Shown: positions 57,201 to 64,000 of the stretch, piece after piece
How positions within the stretch are numbered: the first letter of the stretch is position 1
How the letters are laid out: the number at the start of each line of letters is the position of its first letter
Virus record (IMG/VR): IMGVR_UViG_3300042898_000786
Coordinates: 11,829-75,828 of that record
Reading direction: 5' to 3' (one strand)
DNA: 64,000 nucleotides
Source: a virus
Program-made: the position numbers and the translations under genes
Notes under the pieces: generated by a model
Databases searched by the model: none
Told to the model about the DNA's origin: nothing
What the model saw: the letters and a program-made list of their open reading frames with translations, nothing else

Positions 57201-59100
57201 TACTAGCGGATACTCTGGGTCTTTATTAGCTGACGATAACCGAACAATTTCTCCGTCTGAGATAGGCGCAAATCAATTAAAATTCGGTTTTACTTCTTGG
57301 GGAAATAATAATACTTCACCTTGGGCTGACTACCTACATCTCCGCTCTTACGGGGATGGTTCAGGTGGTTCAGACAATCTTGTTATGTTCAAGAAGTCTG
57401 GTATTGGGATGCGTATCTGGCAGCAGACATTCGGTTCTGCCACCGCATACTCGTCATACGCTGATGTTTGGACAACCGGAGATTTTACATCTAGCAACGT
57501 ATCAAGTTGGAATACTGCTTATGGCTGGGGAGACCACGCCAGTGTAGGTTATGCTACTGAGGAGTTTGTTACTGGTCAAGGTTACCTAACATCCTTACCT
57601 GCTCACAACCACGATGACAGGTATTACACTGAAACTGAGTCAGACGCTAGATATCCTTTATCCAGAGGTACACTAGGTACAACAACAAATGTTGGTGATG
57701 CAACTGGATTTGGAAATAATTTAGCATCTGGTACATATACTAGAAATTATGTTGGTCATTCTGGACAAGTGTGGATGTCCCACGATACTGGGGGTAGTAC
57801 TGGAAATTTTGCATTAGAAGTAACATATTATGGTGCTATGTATGTCCACACAAATGTGGATAGTTCTTCTTGGGTAACAAAGCAAATATGGACTTCAGAT
57901 ACATTTGCTAATAACTCCTCTAACTGGAATACTGCATTTGGATGGGGTAACCACGCCGGGGCTAATTATATAGTAAGAGGCTCAACGCAATCACCGGGGT
58001 CGTGGCCAGAGGCTACAAAATTCCAGTCGTCGGGAGACATTGGAACTGATACATCGAGTGCTCACTCATTGCAGATTTACTCTGCCGAAGGGAATGACGC
58101 ATTTATGGCGTTTCACATATCCAACGATTTTGCTGTATTTTTTGGTCTTGACAACACCACGAATAGACTCTATACTGGCGGTTGGTCTGATGGAAACAAC
58201 AAGTATCAACTTTGGGATACTAGAGATTTTACATCTACTAACGTATCAAACTGGAACACGGCCTACAACGACAGGATTTCTTCTGCTACAGTAACGGGAA
58301 CTACTACCAAGACACTTACCCTCACTCAGGGTGACGGAGGTACCGTTACCGCCTCGTGGACAGATTACGATACTGATAATGACGCGCAGCAATTATCTTA
58401 CGACCCCGGTGCAAACCAACTCTCTATATCTAACGGTAATAGCATTATCCTTACAGGATTAGCTACCGAAGAGTTTGTCACAGGTCAGGGGTATATTACT
58501 GGTTCTTATTTACCACTTTCAGGGGGCACACTAAGTGGCGCCGTTGTTGTAAACTTAGGAAACGTATCTTCTGATACTGTTGCATTTAAGGTGGGTGGTC
58601 CGTCAAACTACGACTCCCTTACCATCGGTATGGAGGACACTCCTGACTATGATGCGTTCATTGCTTCCTATGGTAACGATATACGCTTCTATTCTGGTAA
58701 AGGTTTAAGCTCAGAAAACCACAGTTTCTATTGGTTCACAAGTAAGGCAGGAACAGCACAGCACGGCGTTGTCGCAATGCAGCTTGACCATAATCAGAAC
58801 TTGACTATTGGTGGAACATTTACCGAGCAATCATCTATTCGATACAAGGAAAACGTAAAGTCTATACCTAGCGTATCACAGAAGGTAGAGAAACTTGATG
58901 CTGTATCCTACAATAAGATTGGGAACAAAGAAGAAGAGATTGGTCTCATCGCAGAGGACGTAGCCGAGCTATTCCCAGAGGTAGTAAAATATGATAATGA
59001 GGGTAGGCCTGACGGGGTCAACTACTCTCGCCTGAGCGTAATTTTGCTGAAGGCTGTACAGGAATTAACAGAACGAGTAAACAAGTTAGAAAACAAGTAA
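54259..59100 (+). CDS. Long tail fibre 1 with C-terminal peptidase S74 chaperone
   Basis: L.DV.IT repeats, HNHDDRYYTETESD x2, W.TA.GWG.HA repeats; SS.RYKENV...GLIAEDV..LFPEVV...VNY C-terminus. Confidence 0.85.
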   Translation: MKFLSQINVNTEYTLPMVDGTNGQVLSTDGAGVAYWGTISIGSLPLDGLSDVIITSPSSDQMLRYGLRQGDTVPVWHNFTPNFLTPSSSINALNDVVITTAAAGQILQYNGSNWVNATLSTVEYVAKVQHAAKAGVAIAKGQAVYVTGANGTNMIIGLASNTSEETSAKTMGIAASAAAVNDIIFVVTEGLLAGLNTSTATAGDPVWLGTSGNLIFGLANKPTSPAHLVYIGVVTRAQQNNGEIFVKVQNGIEIDEIHDVQISSPATGQLLRRDSDGYWKNWTPNFLTAEADTLATVTARGATTNGNIVVNGEISLPSFIRLTNAGVDNAFISESWGINLNGIGTHPVQVRGASFSVGYSLGAGTSYGSGNLFVSNKIGINTTAPTKLLDVVGSGIVASFGSAFAQGSFAGIHFGYSETQFGSDNYKKSAIVFERTENHGQGANASGKIHFLLNNIGSGSATSLAHSVMVIDTNSTATQGSARVGIGTTSPNATLDVNGAANATSFSSTALLIANADTSGSLQPDQGDPANKIYSFRWQGNEVGYIDTDNKITFSGFKTPAGTSSQFLKANGTVDSNTYITSTALNGYATESWVNTNYYNRDQIDDFFGGAEAISGYNKSNWDAAYNDKINSASFSTTTGVLTLTQQDTGTVTVDLDGRYLESLPAHNHDDRYYTETESDSRYINASGDTMSGSLSFDAAAVIKKKITGVGDNPVKTASGVLASRSDNGGGATYYIIETTVPQDDYQMGGFTIELFGRYGETNNKTKIDLGGYWNPEGNGGFAGFEAHGTNPEYKPTIQVARNNNSGNTAFIISGVSWSYPVIVARDLWLGYNSTDGGSYGEGWVIASANNLDSYSNRDTVVWRNGYSDSNPAGYITGYTETDTLSSVTGRGATTSTPITINGGGAQPLTLTTANGSPWHIALVRNDLGLTSRVFAYNIPYNGWYFEHNIIIAGNTNWHSGNLTNLNQLSNGPGYITSSGNTSGYSGSLLADDNRTISPSEIGANQLKFGFTSWGNNNTSPWADYLHLRSYGDGSGGSDNLVMFKKSGIGMRIWQQTFGSATAYSSYADVWTTGDFTSSNVSSWNTAYGWGDHASVGYATEEFVTGQGYLTSLPAHNHDDRYYTETESDARYPLSRGTLGTTTNVGDATGFGNNLASGTYTRNYVGHSGQVWMSHDTGGSTGNFALEVTYYGAMYVHTNVDSSSWVTKQIWTSDTFANNSSNWNTAFGWGNHAGANYIVRGSTQSPGSWPEATKFQSSGDIGTDTSSAHSLQIYSAEGNDAFMAFHISNDFAVFFGLDNTTNRLYTGGWSDGNNKYQLWDTRDFTSTNVSNWNTAYNDRISSATVTGTTTKTLTLTQGDGGTVTASWTDYDTDNDAQQLSYDPGANQLSISNGNSIILTGLATEEFVTGQGYITGSYLPLSGGTLSGAVVVNLGNVSSDTVAFKVGGPSNYDSLTIGMEDTPDYDAFIASYGNDIRFYSGKGLSSENHSFYWFTSKAGTAQHGVVAMQLDHNQNLTIGGTFTEQSSIRYKENVKSIPSVSQKVEKLDAVSYNKIGNKEEEIGLIAEDVAELFPEVVKYDNEGRPDGVNYSRLSVILLKAVQELTERVNKLENK

Positions 59101-59101
59101 T

Positions 59102-62100
59102 ATGGCAAATCTTTTAAGTACTACATTATCGGGGAACAACCACATAACACTTGGTCCTAATGCAACTTGGTCATCATACTTAAGAGTTGGTGGCAATGGG
59201 TATAGTGTAAGTGGAAATGAATATGCTTCTGTAGTTACCACTAATGGAAACCTTCACCTTGATGCTGGTACTTCAAGGGCAATATACTTAAACCACTATG
59301 CTGGAACATCCGGTGTGGCTTTTGGAAATGGCGCATCTGGAGTTTCTGCTTGGATGGGTGCCGATGGAGACTTATGGAAGGGTAGCGGTGATAATTCTGG
59401 AACTCAGTATGTATACAACTCCGGGACCTGGGGAATTAGTATTACGGGTAACGCAGGTAGTTTAGACGGCTATGACTATTCTCAATTTACTGGAGTTCTA
59501 GCTAGATATATCACTACTGCTAATAATGGTACGAGAATTAGAATAACCGCTCCATTTAACACTGACTCAGGTAAGATGTTTAGTGTTGATATTACTATGT
59601 ATGCTGGATATACTCAATATAAGTATACCGTTAGTGCTTATATGTATAGTACTACTAATCAATGGTATAATCCAAAAGCATTATTTACTGGCGACGGAGC
59701 TCCTGACATATATGTAGGTAGAGATAACAGCGGTAAGGCTTATATAAGTATTGCCAATGGAGCCTATACTGGAATTGTAGTAAATAATTTAGTTGGTGGA
59801 TACGTAGCTTCTGAAGTAGATTCTTATAGTCCTTGGGTCATTACACTTGATTCCGGCAACGAAAACTCCGTAGGTGTTAGCGTCATAACGACTATCACAT
59901 CTAATAACATCGGCTCTCAGTCTGTAAGCTATGCAACTACTGCGGGTTCTATAACCAGCCAGGCAAACTCTGCAACAATAACGGCAACTACGTCAAATAC
60001 AGCAAATGCAATAGTATTAAGGGACGGAAGTGGTGATATATATTCTAGATATTCTTTTAGTAATTATGTCAACACAACTAACAATGATGAAAGCGGAATT
60101 ACTAGATTCATAATTAAAAACGGGGACGACTACCACAGGTCAGCCACTACAACCGTTGCCGCAGATATTATTAGAGGTGTTGCATCGGGAAGTTGGGCTA
60201 TTAACATTACTGGTAGTGCTGGTTCCGTAACTAATGGAGTCTATACGACTCAAAGCATAAATAATCTTACTGGTGTTTTAAATTTTGGAGTACACAACGC
60301 GACCCCATACAACGACGCAACTGGAGTCAGCAACGGAATCGCCTTTGGTGGGATAGAGTCATCTACATTAAGGACATACGGCATTTTTACTGAATTAGAA
60401 AACATTGGAGGGAATTATTCTAAGTTAACATTAAATTACCACACCGGGATTAGAATTGGAGCATCTTCCTCGTACGGAGGAACAAGGTTTTACAATAATT
60501 TTGCGGGTGGTTCAGGCGGTGGCTCTGTGATATTTTCAGTAGGTAATGGAGATAACCACGTTAGAGTATTAAATAATTTATATGTTACAGGTACTGTAAC
60601 TGGAAGTAATTTAAGTGGAACTAACACAGGCGACCAGACTAATATATCAGGCAACGCTGCGACAGCTACAAGTGCGGGTACAGTAACTGGGTCTTCTACT
60701 ATAGGAGGATATCTTACATTAGCTACTGACTGGGGTGTAAGTCCTTACACAGCAGCTTTTAATATTGTTGGTACACATCCGTCAATGGTTTTTAGAGGCA
60801 GTAATGGAGATACACATTACTTAATCCATATGGATTCTGCTGGAGATATACAATATTATTTTGGACCAGGATATACAACTAATAACTGGACTCAAAGATA
60901 TACGTTTACCAAAGGTGGGGACTTTAGTGTTCGTACTGGAAATATTTCAGCATCAGGTACAATTACTGGTTCTAACTTATCAGGCACTAACACAGGAGAC
61001 CAAACTAATATTAGTGGTAATGCGGCAACTGCAACATATGCAACTACTGCGGGTGCATTAACCTCAATGAACATCTCTCAGTTCACAAATAATAGTGGAT
61101 ATATTACGGGTACTTATGTTGTTGCCAATGGAACCAGTGCTGGTGATATTGATGCCGATTGGGGTCAATCATTTAAAACCTTTGACCCGGTACCGAGCGG
61201 TACACCACCATTAGCATCACCAAATATTAGAACAATAAACATTGGTGAGAACTATGCAAGAAGAACACAATTAGCATTTGATTATGCATCGGATGTTGCT
61301 TATTTTAGAAGAAGAAATGACAGTGGATGGCAAACTTGGAGAGAGTTTATTCATAGTGGTAATATTGGTTCACAAACTGTAGCAACTGCTGGAAATGCCA
61401 CAACAGTTGGAGGATTAGCCGTTCACGCTGGTAGAAACAATGAAGTAAACAAAATTGTAAGAACAGATGCCAATGGATATATTCAAGCGGGATGGATTAA
61501 CACAACTTCTGGAGCATTTTCAAGTGGTATAAATAAAATATATTGTTCTGATGATGACTATATGCGTTATCAAACTCCAGCAAACTTTATATCAAACTTG
61601 GGATTAATTACTACTGGTAATATAGGTTCTCAGTCAGTATCAACAGCAACAAATTTATATGGACTTGGTACCATACAATCAACTTCAACGGGAACATCTT
61701 ATCAAAATAACTATCAAGTAAGAGAAAATTCCGGAGGTAGTGGAAATACAAGTGAGATATATGCACCTCAGTTAGCATTCCATTGGGGAGGTATTGTTGC
61801 TTCTAGTATTATGATGGAGTCTAGTGGTAGGATAGCTATTAGAAATAATCCAGGAAGTAGTTATGAGAACTTTATAGCTAATATAGTATACGCTTCCTCC
61901 GATATGCGTGCTCCTATCTTCTACGATTCTCAGGACACTACATATTATTTAGACCCCAACAGTAGTGTGTCTGGAATTTTTGCAGGTAGTGTGGGAATCA
62001 ATAACACATCTCCAGTTAATGCTAATTGGGGTAACGCTAGTAATACAAAACAACTGTCCATTAATGCCACTGATTACGCAGTAATAAATCTTTTGGGGGG

Positions 62101-63475
62101 CTCTAGAAGATTCTCTATGGGGGTCGGTGATAACATATTTTATATGTGTTATGATAATACAGCTGGTAGACACAATATTACTGTAAGTAGTAGCGGTAGT
62201 GTTAGCATACCTGTTGATGTTAGGTCTCCAATTTTCTACGACTCACAGGATACTGCATATTACGGAGACTTTGCAAGCACGTCAAGAATGAATGCTATAG
62301 TTTATGATAATTTATATTTTTCAGGAGACCAAACGTATGGTTTTATTGGTAGGAATGTTTATGCTGATACTATTAACGGCAGAGGCTCCGACCCATTAGA
62401 ATTAAACTATTATGATGGTGGTTCTGTAATCATAGGCACGGGTGCTACAGGAAGTAAGGCATTATATGCTGGTTCATTATTCTCTGGTGGTAGTGCTGTA
62501 ATAACCGCAGCAAACATCGGCTCTCAGTCGGTAAGTTATGCTGCATCCGCTGGTGGTGTCTCTTGGGCTAATGTATCAAGCAAGCCATCCAGATGGCTTA
62601 ATACTACAACCTTAATTGATAACAACGAACCAGACACAATAACGGAAAGCGGATTCTGGCAAAGTTATCTTGGCTCTGGGAACCCAACTGGAACTTGGTT
62701 TAACTACGTTAATGTAAGGCACTCAAATCCTGGGAATGCACACGGATTCCAATTAGGTATGTCTTACTACGACAATAACTTGTGGTTTAGAAGTTATTCG
62801 GGTAACGTAACATATCTGTCTTGGTCTAGGGCACTAGGAACAAACACTGACCCGTATCCATCAAATATGAACCAGTATGTGAGGACCACGGATGACGTTA
62901 CTCACAACTCTACCACGTCTACGCTGTTCTTAGTAAACGGACACTCAGATAACACTAAAGGATACCGTATTCACAACACTAGCGGTTCATCTGTCAGTGC
63001 AATGTTTACCAACTCATCCAACCAGCTAGTAATAGCCGCAGGTGCGGTTGACCAGATAAACCTCAATAAGAAGGTATATGTAAACGGTGTGGCACTCGGT
63101 GTTAACGTAGCGCCATCAGCAACCGCTGGACGTATTGACGCCTCCAACGACATCGTGGCATTCTCATCCTCTGACGAACGTCTTAAGGATAACATCACAC
63201 CCATTGAGAACGCACTTAACAAAGTGAAGTCACTCACCGGAGTAGAGTTTGACTGGAAGCCAGAACATAAGGAAGCACACGGACACGAAGGACGTGATAC
63301 GGGTATCATAGCACAGCAGGTGTTAGCCGTTATGCCATCTGCCGTTAGGACTAACGATACAGGCTACCTAGCCGTACGCTACGAGAAGCTCATCGGTCTC
63401 TTGATTGAGGGTATGAAAGAGCAGCAGACACAGATTGATGAACTTAAAACTAAGCTAGATGGCCTTACAAAGTAG
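59102..63475 (+). CDS. Long tail fibre 2 with C-terminal peptidase S74 chaperone
   Basis: NIGSQ(S/T)V x4, SGTNTGDQT x2, PIFYDSQDT x2; SDERLKDNI...GIIAQ.V..VMP..V...VRYEK C-terminus. Confidence 0.85.
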   Translation: MANLLSTTLSGNNHITLGPNATWSSYLRVGGNGYSVSGNEYASVVTTNGNLHLDAGTSRAIYLNHYAGTSGVAFGNGASGVSAWMGADGDLWKGSGDNSGTQYVYNSGTWGISITGNAGSLDGYDYSQFTGVLARYITTANNGTRIRITAPFNTDSGKMFSVDITMYAGYTQYKYTVSAYMYSTTNQWYNPKALFTGDGAPDIYVGRDNSGKAYISIANGAYTGIVVNNLVGGYVASEVDSYSPWVITLDSGNENSVGVSVITTITSNNIGSQSVSYATTAGSITSQANSATITATTSNTANAIVLRDGSGDIYSRYSFSNYVNTTNNDESGITRFIIKNGDDYHRSATTTVAADIIRGVASGSWAINITGSAGSVTNGVYTTQSINNLTGVLNFGVHNATPYNDATGVSNGIAFGGIESSTLRTYGIFTELENIGGNYSKLTLNYHTGIRIGASSSYGGTRFYNNFAGGSGGGSVIFSVGNGDNHVRVLNNLYVTGTVTGSNLSGTNTGDQTNISGNAATATSAGTVTGSSTIGGYLTLATDWGVSPYTAAFNIVGTHPSMVFRGSNGDTHYLIHMDSAGDIQYYFGPGYTTNNWTQRYTFTKGGDFSVRTGNISASGTITGSNLSGTNTGDQTNISGNAATATYATTAGALTSMNISQFTNNSGYITGTYVVANGTSAGDIDADWGQSFKTFDPVPSGTPPLASPNIRTINIGENYARRTQLAFDYASDVAYFRRRNDSGWQTWREFIHSGNIGSQTVATAGNATTVGGLAVHAGRNNEVNKIVRTDANGYIQAGWINTTSGAFSSGINKIYCSDDDYMRYQTPANFISNLGLITTGNIGSQSVSTATNLYGLGTIQSTSTGTSYQNNYQVRENSGGSGNTSEIYAPQLAFHWGGIVASSIMMESSGRIAIRNNPGSSYENFIANIVYASSDMRAPIFYDSQDTTYYLDPNSSVSGIFAGSVGINNTSPVNANWGNASNTKQLSINATDYAVINLLGGSRRFSMGVGDNIFYMCYDNTAGRHNITVSSSGSVSIPVDVRSPIFYDSQDTAYYGDFASTSRMNAIVYDNLYFSGDQTYGFIGRNVYADTINGRGSDPLELNYYDGGSVIIGTGATGSKALYAGSLFSGGSAVITAANIGSQSVSYAASAGGVSWANVSSKPSRWLNTTTLIDNNEPDTITESGFWQSYLGSGNPTGTWFNYVNVRHSNPGNAHGFQLGMSYYDNNLWFRSYSGNVTYLSWSRALGTNTDPYPSNMNQYVRTTDDVTHNSTTSTLFLVNGHSDNTKGYRIHNTSGSSVSAMFTNSSNQLVIAAGAVDQINLNKKVYVNGVALGVNVAPSATAGRIDASNDIVAFSSSDERLKDNITPIENALNKVKSLTGVEFDWKPEHKEAHGHEGRDTGIIAQQVLAVMPSAVRTNDTGYLAVRYEKLIGLLIEGMKEQQTQIDELKTKLDGLTK

Positions 63476-63854
63476 TGGTGCAATAAGCATAGATAACATC
63501 AGGACAGAATTAGGTCAAGCACAGGCAAACAGCTCGTTGCGTGCGCTATCGGCATTGGCTAATTTTTCTTCTCCTGATGCTATGAGTGAGTTCTATGGCT
63601 TCTCCGCCGCAACTGAATACCAGTTCTATCAAGGAGACGGAGGGGGTTTTGGAAATTTCGCTGAGGCCTGCTCTGATGCATCGAATCCTTTAACTCTATA
63701 TTCGGCATCTACGTCATTAGCGGTAAATGTGTATCTATACAATGATGCTGCATTAACTAGTCCTTTTGACGGAGGTGGCCTATGGTATAAATATGGAGCA
63801 TCAGTATATGAAATAAGAAACGGTGGTAAGATAGATGCTGTTCGTGGTTGCTAA
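63459..63854 (+). CDS. Tail fibre-associated protein
   Basis: MALQSSG.IS...I..ELG...MSEFYG N-terminus commonly found after tail fibres. Confidence 0.6.
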   Translation: MALQSSGAISIDNIRTELGQAQANSSLRALSALANFSSPDAMSEFYGFSAATEYQFYQGDGGGFGNFAEACSDASNPLTLYSASTSLAVNVYLYNDAALTSPFDGGGLWYKYGASVYEIRNGGKIDAVRGC

Positions 63855-63891
63855 TCTTTTTGTATATTTGTATAACTAATTAGTAATCAAA

Positions 63892-64000
63892 ATGGCTGTA
63901 ATCGCAACTGTAGATAAATTCGGGATGACTTTCTCCGAAGCATATCATAAAATCACTCGTCTAACATACGAGTCAACCGACCAGAAAACATACATCTACG
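63892..64000 (+). CDS. Hypothetical protein, 3'-truncated
   Basis: MAVIATVDKFGMTFSEAYHKITRL... runs off the window; TATATTTG at 63863-63870. Confidence 0.55.
   Translation, partial: MAVIATVDKFGMTFSEAYHKITRLTYESTDQKTYIY

Noticed and set aside
1178-63309. Numerous 60-190 aa opposite-strand or nested track ORFs inside large genes
   Set aside because: Shadow frames of well-supported genes, without initiation signals or motifs.
54259-63475. Diversity-generating retroelement or invertase shufflon acting on the tail fibres
   Set aside because: No reverse transcriptase or recombinase in the window; repeats are direct, in-frame and not adenine-specific variants.
1-64000. Stop-codon reassignment (seen in some crAss-like phages)
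   Set aside because: Large genes are intact under code 11, and TAG, TGA and TAA all terminate well-bounded genes.

Overview
This is a 64-kb segment of a tailed dsDNA phage (Caudoviricetes) with podovirus-like, crAss-like virion architecture. It very probably infects Bacteroidota: there are many TAnnTTTG sigma-A promoter motifs and A-rich, Shine-Dalgarno-less translation starts. Layout: (1) 1-22314 (+): scaffold, major capsid protein, tail proteins, putative ejected proteins, a 3315-aa polyvalent protein and a u-spanin-like lipoprotein. (2) 22381-43239 (-): nucleases, class I ribonucleotide reductase, glycosyltransferase, endonuclease I, primase-helicase, recombination genes and many small early genes. 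(3) 43286-64000 (+): endolysin, small basic proteins, a double-GroES protein, terminase, portal and two long tail fibres with S74 chaperone domains. The most unusual signals are non-coding and lie in the leftward early operon. Two complete type I hammerhead ribozymes with identical stem I arms flank a 60-aa ORF and would release a 244-nt RNA able to refold into a hammerhead and circularise. Upstream lie an anticodon-less tRNA-like element and a ~400-nt hairpin-rich leader. Further down is an array of tiny genes, each delimited by a 20-bp junction repeat (7 copies). Protein family assignments come from motif recognition only; no database searches or folding programs were run.
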